A stretch of 64,000 nt of DNA from an uncultured Acidobacteriota bacterium (GTDB lineage: Bacteria > Actinomycetota > Acidimicrobiia > Spongiisociales > ZC4RG35): NCBI GenBank assembly GCA_963837055.1, contig CAWILU010000006.1, forward strand, positions 100,591-164,590. Reading direction: 5' to 3'. Below are positions 8,664-20,754 of the stretch, in pieces. The position numbers were made by a program, and so were the translations under genes. Under the pieces are notes generated by a model. That model was not told where the DNA came from and did not search any database. It was given only the letters and a program-made list of their open reading frames with translations. Positions within the stretch are counted from its first letter, which is position 1; every line of letters starts with the position of its first letter.

Positions 8664-9040
8664 GTGCTGGACTTCTACTTCGGCTACGCCATGGGTCAAG
8701 GAACCGCCAGCCGCGCCGCCGCACTTGCCCGCAGCGCGGCCGTTGCCGATGGAACCCTCCACACCAATCGGATCGAGGACCTCAACGAGCGGGTCGATCG
8801 GCTGGTGATGATCCTCCGGGCGACGCTGTCCCTCCTCGAAGAGCAGGGGATCACCCCGAGCGGCTGATGGCGAAGATCGAAGAGCTCGATCTCCAGGACG
8901 GGACCGACGACGACCGGATCCGCGGGCAGATCGTCGAGTGCCCATCGTGTCAGTCGAAGGTGGCGCCGGGACTGCGCAACTGCCAGCTGTGTGGCACGGA
9001 GGTCAGACCCGATACCGGGCACCCGCTCAGCAACGTCTGA
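8664..9040 (+). CDS. Coiled-coil plus double zinc-ribbon hypothetical protein (apparent frameshift at about 8855)
   Basis: ORF 8664-8867 continues after a C4 run into MAKIEELD..CPSCQSKVAPGLRNCQLCG (8867-9040). Confidence 0.65.
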
Positions 9041-9148
9041 CGCCAGCTGGCCCTGCGGGGCACCTCCAGCAAGACCCCCTCCGTCCCGGGCCACCTCCCC
9101 CAACGTCGCTTCGCTCCTGGGGGAAGATGCGCTCAATACACTCGGCCG

Positions 9149-10585
9149 ATGGGCAGCTTCGACGAGGTTCACGGCCCCGACGGGGTGCGTCCCCACTATC
9201 AGGCCCTGATGAATCGGCTCAGCGAGATCGGAGACGCCGAGCTCTCCGATCGGCTCGGGATGCTCGACTCGTTCTTCCGCACCCTTGGCATCACCTTTGC
9301 CGTCACCGGTCATGAGAGCGGGCTCGAGCGCACCTGGCCAATGGACCTGGTGCCGCGGATCATCCCCGCCGACGAGTGGGAACAAATCGAGGCCGGGCTG
9401 GTCCAACGGGTCACCGTGCTCAACCGCTTCCTCGACGACCTCTACGTCGGCGGTCAGCAAGCGATCAACGACGGCATCATCCCCCGATGGTTGGTCGAGA
9501 CGGCGGACGGCTATGTCAGGGAGGCTCACGGGATCCCCGCCCCGCAGGGGTCACGCTGCGTGGTCGCCGGCATCGACATCGTCCGCGACGACGAGGGCAC
9601 CTATCGGGTGCTCGAAGACAACCTGCGCGTCCCCAGCGGCATCTCCTATGTCCTCGAGAACCGGGTGGCGATGACCCGGATCCTGCCGGTCGGATTCGCC
9701 AGCCACTCCATCCGCCCGGTGGACCACTACGGGGCATCGCTGTTGCGGGCCCTGCGCTCCATCGCCCCACCAATCGTCACCGATCCCACAGTCGTCGTGC
9801 TCACCCCGGGTGTGTCCAACTCGGCGTACTTCGAGCATGCCTTCCTCGCCCGGCAGATGGGCATCGAGTTGGTCGAGGGCCGTGATCTGCTCGTCGACGA
9901 TCGGCAAGTGTTCATGCGCACCACACAGGGCCTCAAGCAGGTCGATGTCATCTACCGCCGGGTCAACGACGAGTTCCTCGATCCGGTCGTGTTCCGCCAG
10001 GACAGCCTGCTCGGCGTCCCCGGTCTCCATGGCGCGGCCCGGGCGGGATCAGTGACGATCGCCAATGCCATCGGGAACGGGGCGGTCGACGACAAGGGCG
10101 TCTATCCGTACATCCCGGATCTGGTCCGCTACTACCTGGGCGAAGAACCGATCCTCCCCAATGTCACCACCTATCTCCCCTGGGAGCCCGAACAGCTCGA
10201 GCTCATCCTGAGCCGGCTGGACCAGCTGGTGGTGAAGCCTGTCGCCGAGGCCGGCGGCTACGGGATCGTGATCGGCACCGTGGCCGATGAGGCGACCCTG
10301 GAGATAACGGCCGCCGCCCTCCGGGCCAATCCGAGGGGATACATCGCCCAGGAGATCGTCCAGCTCTCCACGCATCCCACCTTTGTGGGCGGGCATCTCA
10401 AGCCGCGCCACGTCGACCTACGCCCCTTCGTCATCAGTGGAGAGCGGATCGAAGTAGTGCCCGGCGGGCTCACCCGGGTGGCACTGCGGGAGGGATCGTT
10501 GATCGTGAACTCGTCGCAAGGCGGCGGCTCCAAGGACACCTGGGTGCTGAACAACGGGGTGGGAAGTGCTGTCCCGTCACGCTGA
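9149..10585 (+). CDS. Circularly permuted type 2 ATP-grasp protein
   Basis: DLVPRII, GIDIVRD, VLEDNLRVPSGISY, NSAYFEH, VDVIYRRVNDEFLDP, DLRPF and VNSSQGGGSKDTWVL. Confidence 0.92.
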   Translation: MGSFDEVHGPDGVRPHYQALMNRLSEIGDAELSDRLGMLDSFFRTLGITFAVTGHESGLERTWPMDLVPRIIPADEWEQIEAGLVQRVTVLNRFLDDLYVGGQQAINDGIIPRWLVETADGYVREAHGIPAPQGSRCVVAGIDIVRDDEGTYRVLEDNLRVPSGISYVLENRVAMTRILPVGFASHSIRPVDHYGASLLRALRSIAPPIVTDPTVVVLTPGVSNSAYFEHAFLARQMGIELVEGRDLLVDDRQVFMRTTQGLKQVDVIYRRVNDEFLDPVVFRQDSLLGVPGLHGAARAGSVTIANAIGNGAVDDKGVYPYIPDLVRYYLGEEPILPNVTTYLPWEPEQLELILSRLDQLVVKPVAEAGGYGIVIGTVADEATLEITAAALRANPRGYIAQEIVQLSTHPTFVGGHLKPRHVDLRPFVISGERIEVVPGGLTRVALREGSLIVNSSQGGGSKDTWVLNNGVGSAVPSR

Positions 10586-11520
10586 GGACCTGTTCTGGGT
10601 TGGCCGCTACATCGAGCGGGCCGAAGACACCGCCCGCATGCTCGACGTGACCTATCACAACCTGCTCGAGTCGCCCGGGCGACCGGGCGGCCACCACCTG
10701 GGGCGAGCTGCTCGAGGTCCTCTACGTCAACGCGCTCTACGAGGGACCGATGGAGAGCGGGGCGGTGAGCACCTACCTGGTGGCCGACCGAACCAACCCG
10801 GGCTCGATCATCTCGTCAGTGGACCGAGCCCGCGACAACGCCCGGGGGCTGCGGGACCGCATCTCGACCGAGTTGTGGGAGGCGATCAACGTATTCCATC
10901 TCGAACTGACCCATGCCGATTTCCATCTCGACCTGGATCGCCGCGCCTACGAGGTGTTCGGCACCATCAAGCGCCGGTGCCAGCTCATCAGCGGTGTCGC
11001 CGCCCAGACCATGCCCCGGGACGAGGGCTACCGCTTCATGCTGCTCGGGCTCTTGCTGGAACGTGCGGAGATGACTTGCCGCCTGCTTTCCGTTCGTTAC
11101 GCCCGGCTCGCTGGTGGCGAGGGGCAGTCGGAGTTCCACTCCTGGGTCTCGGTGCTCAAGTCGGTGTCTGCCTACGAGGCCTACCTCAAGGCGCATGACG
11201 CATCTCTCGACCCGACCGATGTCCTCGAGTTCCTCCTCCTCGACCCCGAGTTCCCCCGCAGCGTCCTCTATTGCCTCCAACAGGTCGAGCGCCTGATCGA
11301 CCGCCTCGCCGGTTCGAGTCATCAGACCAGCATGGAACGAGCGATCGGCAAGGTGCGGGCCCAGGCCGAGTTCACCGACATACCCAGCATTCTCGGGGAG
11401 CGGCTCGACCATTTCCTCGAATTGCTGCAGAAGGAGATCTATGAGGTCTCCGAAGAGGTGGAGGACCATTTCTTTCGCGCCGGCACCGATCTCCAGCTCC
11501 ATTCGCAGAGGTGGGCATGA
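10566..11520 (+). CDS. Alpha-E domain protein (apparent frameshift at about 10675)
   Basis: MLSRHAEDLFWVGRYIERAEDTARMLDV, continuing in the shifted frame with NPGSIISSVDRARDNARGLRDRISTELWE and LLERAEMTCRLL, FPRS. Confidence 0.88.
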
Positions 11521-12388
11521 GACTCGAGATCCGCTACCTGAACGAGTTCAATTACAGCGAGCCGGCGTGGGAATCCCACAATCTGCTCAGGGCATGTCCG
11601 GCGAGTACCGAGAACCAGAGGCTGGTGAGCTATCGGGTCGACGTGGATCCGGTAACTCAGGTTCACACCTACACCGACTACTGGGGGACGCGGTGGACGA
11701 ATTCGGGATCGTCCAACCGCACGAATTGCTCAGGGTCAGGGCAGAGTCGACGGTCGAGACCAGCGCACCCACGTTCCCTGAGGACGACGCACCCATCGAC
11801 GCGTTGGATACGGTGCGCGGCGAGTTGTCGACCTATCTCCGGCCTTCGCCACACGCCGCCTGGGACGGCGAGATCGAGGCGATCGCTCGAGAAGCGCTCG
11901 GGGGAGCCGACGGCATGGTCGATGTCGCGACGACCGTCTCGGACACTGTCACCTCACAGCTCGCCTACGTTCCGGGAGCCACGTACGTGGGGATGGAAGT
12001 CGGCGATGTGCTGTCCCAGGGCAAAGGCGTTTGTCAGGATTTCGCCCATCTCGGCATCGCCATGTATCGAAGCGTTGGGATCCCGGCCCGCTACGTGTCC
12101 GGCTATCTGTATGCCGCCGACCAGACCTCGGCCGTGGCCCCGGACCAGCCCGAGCTCAGCGTTCAGACCCACGCCTGGATCGAGGTCTTCATTCCCGGCT
12201 ACGGCTGGTGGGCCCTCGACCCCACCAATGCCCAGCCTGTCGGTGAGCTGCATGTCAAGATCGGCCATGGTCGGGACTATCAGGATGTGATGCCTTTGCG
12301 CGGCGTCTATCACGGAGGTGCCGAGCACCAGCTCGGGGTCGAGGTCCGGATCAGCAGCGAACGCCTCTCCCAGATGACCGAGCAATAG
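11517..12388 (+). CDS. Transglutaminase-like protein with N-terminal domain (apparent frameshift at about 11692)
   Basis: GVCQDFAH (catalytic Cys), RYVSGY, THAWIEV and WALDPTN; ATGA overlap with the alpha-E gene. Confidence 0.88.
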
Positions 12389-12398
12389 GGCCAAACTG

Positions 12399-12433
12399 AA
12401 TGCTGTGCGTCTCATATCCGGGACGCCAGCATT
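12399..12433 (+). terminator. Stem-loop downstream of the transglutaminase gene
   Basis: AATGCTG-t-GCGTC...GACGC-CAGCATT inverted repeat 10 nt after the stop; no U-tract. Confidence 0.45.
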
Positions 12434-12532
12434 AGGAACGGTTTTCTCAATGGATTTATCATCGTTTTAGGGTCTTTGCGGTCATTTCCAGTGTTTGTGC
12501 CCAAAACCGATGAAGAAGGAGCTCTGATCACG

Positions 12533-13708
12533 TTGGCGTCGAAGAGGCAATTGTTGGTGGCGTTGGCCGTGGTGTCCACGCTGGCCGTGACGCCTGCCGC
12601 CCTCGCCCAGACCGAAGAGACACCGACGACGCTCCCGGCCACCGCCCTGACCGTCAGCACTCCGTTCCCGTCGGTCGCAGTCGAGCCCGGGGACCAGGTC
12701 AGCTTCGCTCTGACCGTCAGTGCGCCGGCCCAGGTCCCGGTCACCCTGGCAGTCGACGGCATTCCTGAAGGGTGGACAGCCGCGTTCCGTGGCGGCGGCT
12801 TCGAAGTCGACTCGGTGACCGCGGGGCCAGGGCTGGAGCCCGAGCTCACCTTTGACGTCACCGTCCCGACCAGCGCGACCGAAGGCGATTACCCGATGAC
12901 GATCACCGCCTCGGGTGGAGCCGAGACGGTCACCCTCCCGATTGCAGTCCGGGTGTCGGCACAGGCCGGCGGTGAGGTCACACTCACCCCCAACTTCCCC
13001 GGTCTGCGCACCCCCGCTGGTGAGGCGGTCACATTCGACGTCGAGTTGAACAACAGCACACCGGCCGATCTCGAATTCGAGCTCACTCCGACCGCGCCCT
13101 CCGGATGGGATGTCACTGCCGAGCTCTCCGGGCAAGCCCAGGCCTCCACCGTCCTGGTCGAGGCTGGGGGCACGCAGACGATCAATGTCGCGGTCACTCC
13201 GCCGTTCAGTGCCGAGGCCGCCCAGTACCCGGTGACCCTGCAAGCGACTGCCCCGGGAACCACGGTCGAGACCGAGATGATCGTCGAGGTTGTCGGCTCG
13301 TTCGCCTTGGAGATGTCCACCGCAGACCAGCGTCTCAACGCCGAGGTGACGGTGGGAAGCTCCAGCGACTTCCAAATTCTCCTCACCAACACCGGTACCG
13401 CCCCTCTCGAGGCAGTCACCATGGGGGTCACCCCCCCGAGCGGTTGGGATGTCGTCTTCGACAACGACACCGTCGCGGTTGGCCCGGGCGAGTCGGTGCC
13501 GGTCACGGCAACCATCACCCCCTCGGAGGAAGCGGTCGCCGGCGACTACGTGATCACCTTCACCGCCACCCACGAGGAGGCTGACGCCGAGATGGAGATC
13601 CGCACGACGGTCAACCCCTCGGCTATTTGGGGGTTCGTCGGCATCGCGGTCATCGCTCTGACGCTCGCCGGGCTGGCCTGGGTGTTCCGGCGCTTCGGTC
13701 GTCGCTGA
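12533..13708 (+). CDS. Secreted, membrane-anchored NEW3 (Ig-like) repeat protein
   Basis: Signal peptide ending PAALA; three repeats of type P.GW....; C-terminal TM plus RRFGRR; TTG start after AAGGAG. Confidence 0.75.
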   Translation: MASKRQLLVALAVVSTLAVTPAALAQTEETPTTLPATALTVSTPFPSVAVEPGDQVSFALTVSAPAQVPVTLAVDGIPEGWTAAFRGGGFEVDSVTAGPGLEPELTFDVTVPTSATEGDYPMTITASGGAETVTLPIAVRVSAQAGGEVTLTPNFPGLRTPAGEAVTFDVELNNSTPADLEFELTPTAPSGWDVTAELSGQAQASTVLVEAGGTQTINVAVTPPFSAEAAQYPVTLQATAPGTTVETEMIVEVVGSFALEMSTADQRLNAEVTVGSSSDFQILLTNTGTAPLEAVTMGVTPPSGWDVVFDNDTVAVGPGESVPVTATITPSEEAVAGDYVITFTATHEEADAEMEIRTTVNPSAIWGFVGIAVIALTLAGLAWVFRRFGRR

Positions 13709-13710
13709 CA

Positions 13711-14664
13711 ATGGCTACGACCATCCGTTCCAGGAAGCTGACCAAGACCTACGGCGAGCACACCGTGGTCGACAGGCTCGACCTAGAAATCGACGCCGGA
13801 GAAGTCTTCGGTCTGCTCGGCCCGAATGGCGCCGGCAAGACGACGACAATCCTCATGCTGCTCGGTCTCATCGAGCCAACCAAGGGGAAGATCGAGGTTC
13901 TGGGCCTCGACCCGAGATGGAACCCAATCGAGGTCAAGCGGAAGGTCGGCTATCTGCCAGACGCGGTCGGCTTCTATGACCCGATGACGGGACGGGAGAA
14001 CCTGCGCTTCACAGCCCGCCTCAACGGGCTGGAGGACTATGAGGACCTGATCGAGTCGCTTCTCGGCCTGGTCGGCCTGGCCGATGCCGCCGACCAGCCT
14101 GCGGGCGAGTACTCGCGAGGGATGAAGCAGAGGCTCGGCGTCGCCGACGCACTGGTGAAAGGACCATCGGTCTTGATCCTGGACGAGCCCACGACTGCCA
14201 TCGACCCCGAGGGCGTGGTCGAGATGCTCGCCCTGATCCAGCGCCTTGCCAAGGAGGAAGGGGTGACCGTGCTCCTCGCCAGCCATCTGCTCCACCAAGT
14301 CCAGACCGTGTGCGACCGGGTCGCCATTTTCGTGCGCGGCAAGGTCGTCGCCCAAGGCACGCCTCATGAGCTGGCGGCCGTGGACAGGGGCGGTCAGATC
14401 AGGGTCGAGTTCCGCCTCGGAGGAGAGCCGTCGAAAGGCAAGGCCCAGCTGGAGTCGCTGGGCACCGTCAGCGGCGTCACCCCCGGCCGTGCACCGGGAT
14501 CCTGGGTGGCGGATCTCGAAGCCGGCTCACTGGCGCCGGCCGTCAGCGGTCTGGTGTCCCAGGGTGCAGATGTCATCGGGGTCCATCGGCTCGATGAGGA
14601 CCTGGAGACGATCTATCGGCGCTATTTCGAGGCGGAGAACGCGGTCGAGGAGGTGCCGGCATGA
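13711..14664 (+). CDS. ABC transporter ATP-binding protein
   Basis: GPNGAGKTT, YSRGMKQR, ILDEP and H-loop ASH. Confidence 0.93.
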   Translation: MATTIRSRKLTKTYGEHTVVDRLDLEIDAGEVFGLLGPNGAGKTTTILMLLGLIEPTKGKIEVLGLDPRWNPIEVKRKVGYLPDAVGFYDPMTGRENLRFTARLNGLEDYEDLIESLLGLVGLADAADQPAGEYSRGMKQRLGVADALVKGPSVLILDEPTTAIDPEGVVEMLALIQRLAKEEGVTVLLASHLLHQVQTVCDRVAIFVRGKVVAQGTPHELAAVDRGGQIRVEFRLGGEPSKGKAQLESLGTVSGVTPGRAPGSWVADLEAGSLAPAVSGLVSQGADVIGVHRLDEDLETIYRRYFEAENAVEEVPA

Positions 14665-15659
14665 CCAGCGAAGCCGAAGTCGGCACGGAAGAGGTCCCCG
14701 CCGTCGAGCCGTCCCCCAGGGTGGGGGGATGGAGGGCAGTAGCCAGGAAGGAGATTGCCGACCACCTGCTCTCGGGGCGGTTCGTGGTCCTCATGGGTGT
14801 GCTCGGGATCGCCACCGCGGCTGCAGTGTTCGCCGCCTCCGGTGGGATTCGCGACGTCGCCCCCAATGCCCAGGGGATCACGGCGCTGTTCCTCAAACTG
14901 TTCACCGTTACCGCTGACCCGGTCCCGTTCCCGCTGATCGTGTTCGTGGGCTTCCTCGCTCCACTCCTCGGGATCATGTTTGGGTTCGACGCCGTCAGCG
15001 GTGAGCGATCGCAGGGGACGCTCCCACGGCTCCTCTCCCAACCGATCCACCGCGACGAGGTGATTCTCGGCAAGTTCGTGGCCGGTCTCACGGTTGTCGC
15101 GATCATGCTCACCGCGCTGGTGCTCTTCGTGTCCGGGATCGGGATCGTGAGGCTCGGGCTGGTGCCCACTCCTACCGAGATCTCGCGCCTCGCGGTATGG
15201 CTGGTCTTCGCCATCATCTACGTCGGCTTCTGGCAGGCACTCGCCACGCTGTCCTCGGTTCTCGCCAAAAGGGCCTCGACCTCGGCGATGATCCCGATCG
15301 GGGTCTGGTTGGTCCTGACCCTGTTCGGATCATTCATCTTCGGCGCCATCGCCAGTGTCCTCAGCCCTCGGGACGGGTCGCAAGCGGCCGAGGTGGCCTA
15401 TCTCCAGACCCAGCAGGCCGTGTCCCAGCTCTCACCGGTGACCTTGTTCCAGCAGGTGTCGAGCGTGCTGCTCGACCCGGAGGTCCGTACCGTCGGGCTG
15501 GTCACCCAGGAGCAGGTAGACCGCGCCATCGTCTCCGAGCTCAATCTCACCCAGAGTCTCGCCGTGGTCTGGCCCCAGATCGCCATCCTGGTCGCCCTCA
15601 CCGCGGTGATGTTCGCCGCCGCCTATATCGCCTTCATGCGCGACGAGGTCAGGGCCTGA
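14661..15659 (+). CDS. ABC-2 type permease
   Basis: GFDAVSGERSQGTLPRLLSQPIHRDEVILGKF; multiple TMs; ATGA overlap. Confidence 0.88.
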   Translation: MTSEAEVGTEEVPAVEPSPRVGGWRAVARKEIADHLLSGRFVVLMGVLGIATAAAVFAASGGIRDVAPNAQGITALFLKLFTVTADPVPFPLIVFVGFLAPLLGIMFGFDAVSGERSQGTLPRLLSQPIHRDEVILGKFVAGLTVVAIMLTALVLFVSGIGIVRLGLVPTPTEISRLAVWLVFAIIYVGFWQALATLSSVLAKRASTSAMIPIGVWLVLTLFGSFIFGAIASVLSPRDGSQAAEVAYLQTQQAVSQLSPVTLFQQVSSVLLDPEVRTVGLVTQEQVDRAIVSELNLTQSLAVVWPQIAILVALTAVMFAAAYIAFMRDEVRA

Positions 15660-15683
15660 TTCGATTGGGCTTAGGCTGAGGTC

Positions 15684-16148
15684 ATGGAAGAAGCGGTGAA
15701 GCCGGATGCGGTTGAGGAAGCGCCTGAGGGGGAGCAGTCGGAGCCACCCGTCTCCCAGCCGACCAAGCTGATCCGAATCGCCTCGATGACCCGGGCCATG
15801 CTCGAAGAGGTGCGACATGCCCCGCTCGACGACGGGGGACGGAAGCGCCTGGCGAACGTTCACTCCCGATCTCTCGACGAGTTGCGAGAGATCCTCTCCC
15901 CGGAGTTACTCGACGAATTCGACGAGATCATGGTCCCGCTCGACCAGGCCGGCGTCACCGAGGCCGAGCTGCGTATCGCCCAGGCCCAGCTCATCGGCTG
16001 GCTCGAAGGGCTTTTCCACGGGATCCAGGCTTCCTTGTGGAGTCAACAGATGGCGGCGCAATCACAGCTGGCAGAGATGCAAAAGAGAGCCCTGGTCCCG
16101 CCCACGACCCCGAATCCGGGCGAGGACCAGACCGGTCTCTACCTCTAG
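15684..16148 (+). CDS. bpa: Bacterial proteasome activator Bpa/PafE (DUF2587)
   Basis: PTKLIRIASM, ELRIAQAQLIGWLEGLFHGIQ and C-terminal GLYL (HbYX motif). Confidence 0.9.
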   Translation: MEEAVKPDAVEEAPEGEQSEPPVSQPTKLIRIASMTRAMLEEVRHAPLDDGGRKRLANVHSRSLDELREILSPELLDEFDEIMVPLDQAGVTEAELRIAQAQLIGWLEGLFHGIQASLWSQQMAAQSQLAEMQKRALVPPTTPNPGEDQTGLYL

Positions 16149-16182
16149 GTAGCAAGCACCTCGTACGGGCGGCGCAGCCGCC

Positions 16183-16458
16183 CTATCCGACCTTGCGTTC
16201 CCGTTGTGTTCGCTCGCGCCGAACCCGACGGCGCTCGCGCTCACTGAGACCACCCCAGATGCCGAATTTCTCGCCCATGTCGACCGCATAGTCGAGGCAT
16301 TCCGCCTTCACCTCGCATGCGGCACAGATCGCCTTCGCCTTCCGGGTGGAAGCCCCCCGCTCGGGGAAGAAGAGGTCGGCATCGGCGCCTCGGCAGTTGG
16401 CGTAGTCCTGCCAGGAAAGCTCACCAATAGCCAAGGCTTGGATGAGCTTGCTCTGCAT
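16183..16458 (-). CDS. whiB: WhiB family Fe-S transcriptional regulator
   Basis: Four Cys (C..., CAAC, C), DLFFPERG and GIWGGLSERERR. Confidence 0.93.
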   Translation of the reverse strand: MQSKLIQALAIGELSWQDYANCRGADADLFFPERGASTRKAKAICAACEVKAECLDYAVDMGEKFGIWGGLSERERRRVRRERTQRERKVG

Positions 16459-16474
16459 CAGGTCTCCTCACAAC

Positions 16475-16488
16475 CGTGTAATTACACG
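16475..16488. promoter_or_regulatory. Perfect 14-bp palindrome CGTGTAATTACACG, candidate operator
   Basis: Seen directly; AT-rich core in the divergent whiB/sdhC intergenic region, 16 nt from the whiB start. Confidence 0.55.
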
Positions 16489-16584
16489 TTTGAGATTACG
16501 ACTGCCCGCGCGCGCCGTCAACCCGGAGTGCCGAATTTCTCCTTGTGGCGCCGAGTGATTCCCCGGAGGCGAAGAGTTGCCATA

Positions 16585-17321
16585 ATGGGTGGCGCGGTGT
16601 CCGCCACGATCGAGCAGAGAAAAGCGCCCTGGCCGGTCAGCTTCTATCGATCGGCGGTCGGCAAGAAATGGGTGATGGCGCTCACCGGTCTCGGCATCAT
16701 CGTCTTCGTCCTGGCGCACATGGTGGGCAACTGGAAGATCTTCCTGCCCGACGTCAACGGCGTGCCGGACATCGACATCTATGCCGAGGCGCTCCGGGAA
16801 CTGCTGGTCCCCTTCCTACCCGCACACGTCGCTCTCTGGATCCTCCGCACCGGATTGATCGTGGCCTTCCTCCTCCATATCCACGCCGCCTACTCCCTGA
16901 CTCTGATGAACCGCCGGGCCCGACCCGAGGACTACCAGGGACCCCGAACCTACGTCGCCGCCAACTACGCCAGCCGAACCATGCGGTGGAGCGGTGTCAT
17001 CTTCGCCGCCTTCCTTCTCTTCCACCTCGCCGACCTCACCTGGGGGATCCAACCGGCCGCCCCCGAGGTCTGGGCCAGGGGTGAGGTCTACGCCAACTTC
17101 GTCGCCTCTTTCTCCCGAGCGCCGGTCACCGCCTTCTATGTGATCGCGATGGTGCTGCTCGGCCTCCATCTCTATCACGGCGCCTGGTCGATGTTCCAGA
17201 GCCTCGGGATCAACCACCCGCGCTTCAACCCGCTGCGGCGGTGGTTCGCGATCGGGCTGGCGGTGCTGGTCACCGTGGGCAACTCGATCATGCCCCTTGC
17301 GGTGTACTTCGGGTTGGTCGG

Positions 17322-17325
<4 letters not shown>
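16585..17325 (+). CDS. sdhC: Succinate dehydrogenase/fumarate reductase cytochrome b subunit
   Basis: [31 protein letters not shown] and [15 protein letters not shown] (four heme His); first gene of the operon. Confidence 0.9.
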
Positions 17326-19240
<1,915 letters not shown>

Positions 19241-19244
<4 letters not shown>

Positions 19245-19999
19245 ACGTCACGCTCCAGATCTGGCGTCAGGAGGGCCCGGACCTGCCCGGCGGGTTCAGG
19301 ACATACGAGGTGGCCGGGATCTCAGAGGAGATGTCGTTCCTGGAGATGCTCGATGTCCTCAACGAGCGGCTGGCCAACCAGGGTGACGAGCCTGTCGCTT
19401 TCGACCACGACTGCCGCGAGGGGATCTGCGGGTCGTGCGGAGTGATGATCGACGGCCAGGCACACGGCCCACAGTTGGGCACAGCCACCTGCCAGCTCCA
19501 CATGCGGAAATTCGAGAACGGGGCGACGATCACAGTCGAGCCGTGGCGGGCAGCCGGCTTTCCCCTCGTGAAGGATCTGGTGGTCGATCGCAGCTCATTC
19601 GACCGCATCATCGAAGCCGGCGGATACATCACGGTCGACACCGGCTCGGCACCCGACGCCAACCTGACCCCGGTGCCGAAGCCTGCCGCCGACACCGCCT
19701 TCGACGCGGCCGCTTGCATCGGGTGCGGGGCCTGCGTGGCGGCATGCCCGAACGGTGCTGCCAATCTCTTCACGGCCGCCAAGATCAGCCATCTCAACCT
19801 GCTCCCCCAGGGCCAGGCGGAGCGCTGGTCGCGCACCGAGGACATGGTCGAGATGATGGAGCAGTACTTCGGCTCGTGTACCAACCATGGCGAATGCGAG
19901 AAGGCTTGCCCGAAGTCGATCTCGATCGACTTCATCGCCATGATGAACTCCGACTACCTCAAGGCCAAGATGAAGAACCGCCGACTGGTCGCCCAGTAG
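19241..19999 (+). CDS. sdhB: Succinate dehydrogenase/fumarate reductase iron-sulfur subunit
   Basis: [21 protein letters not shown] and [12 protein letters not shown]. Confidence 0.95.
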
Positions 20000-20175
20000 C
20001 GACACTCACTCGCCGCTTTTTGGCATAGAAGCCCCCTTGTCAGCGAAAATCTGCGACGTAGCCTGAGCGGGATTCGCGAAAGCTCTCCGGCCCGGTTTGC
20101 GTCCTCAGTGACCACTCTGGGTAGTTGAGCACTCACGAACAGTGGTTGCTGGGACCGGGATCGGGATGGGGGCAA

Positions 20176-20754
20176 ATGACAACTGGAAGACGTGACGAAC
20201 GGGGGGCCACCCTCGTCGAGGCGGCAATGGTCTACGCCCTGCTCTTCCTCGCCCTCTTTGCAGTCGTCGAATTGGGTCTCGCCTTCAAAGACTGGCTGTC
20301 GGTGAGCCATGCTGCCCGGGAAGGGGCCAGGGCAGGAGCCACTTATGGTGATGACCCGACCGCCGACATCCAGATTCTTCGCGACGTCGAGGCGACACTG
20401 GCTCCGGCCGGGATCGCCAACGGGATAGATGTGCGCATCTTCAACGGCGAATCCCCAGGAATCGGCGAGGACTATTCCTATGCGCCGGGCAGCGATTGCA
20501 GCAGCAACACACCCCTAGGGGTGCCGCCTCTCACCGGGTGTTGCGACTGGACGCCTTGCCCCGAGCCGTTCCGCGACACCTACGCCGTGCCGGGCTGGGA
20601 TCCGTCGAGCCGTGATGTGCGGGCACCCGATCTCGACCGGATCGGAGTCGAGGTGGTGTTCACCCATCAGTGGCTCACGGGGTATTTCGTCCCATCGAGC
20701 GACTTCAGCACCGTCACCGATTTCCAGATCGAGCCCCAGGTGTTCGAATCATGA
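20176..20754 (+). CDS. tadE: TadE/Flp-type minor pilin (cassette 1, gene a)
   Basis: Class III signal RRDERG|ATLVE, hydrophobic helix and AAREGARAG. Confidence 0.85.
   Translation: MTTGRRDERGATLVEAAMVYALLFLALFAVVELGLAFKDWLSVSHAAREGARAGATYGDDPTADIQILRDVEATLAPAGIANGIDVRIFNGESPGIGEDYSYAPGSDCSSNTPLGVPPLTGCCDWTPCPEPFRDTYAVPGWDPSSRDVRAPDLDRIGVEVVFTHQWLTGYFVPSSDFSTVTDFQIEPQVFES

Noticed and set aside
20040-20135. Possible c-di-GMP-I riboswitch upstream of Tad cassette 1 (CGCGAAAGCTCTCCGGCC resembles GACGCAAAGCCTCCGGCC)
   Set aside because: No GNRA-capped P2 stem or conserved GGCAAA/GCAAA core could be built. An Infernal scan against Rfam RF01051 would settle it.
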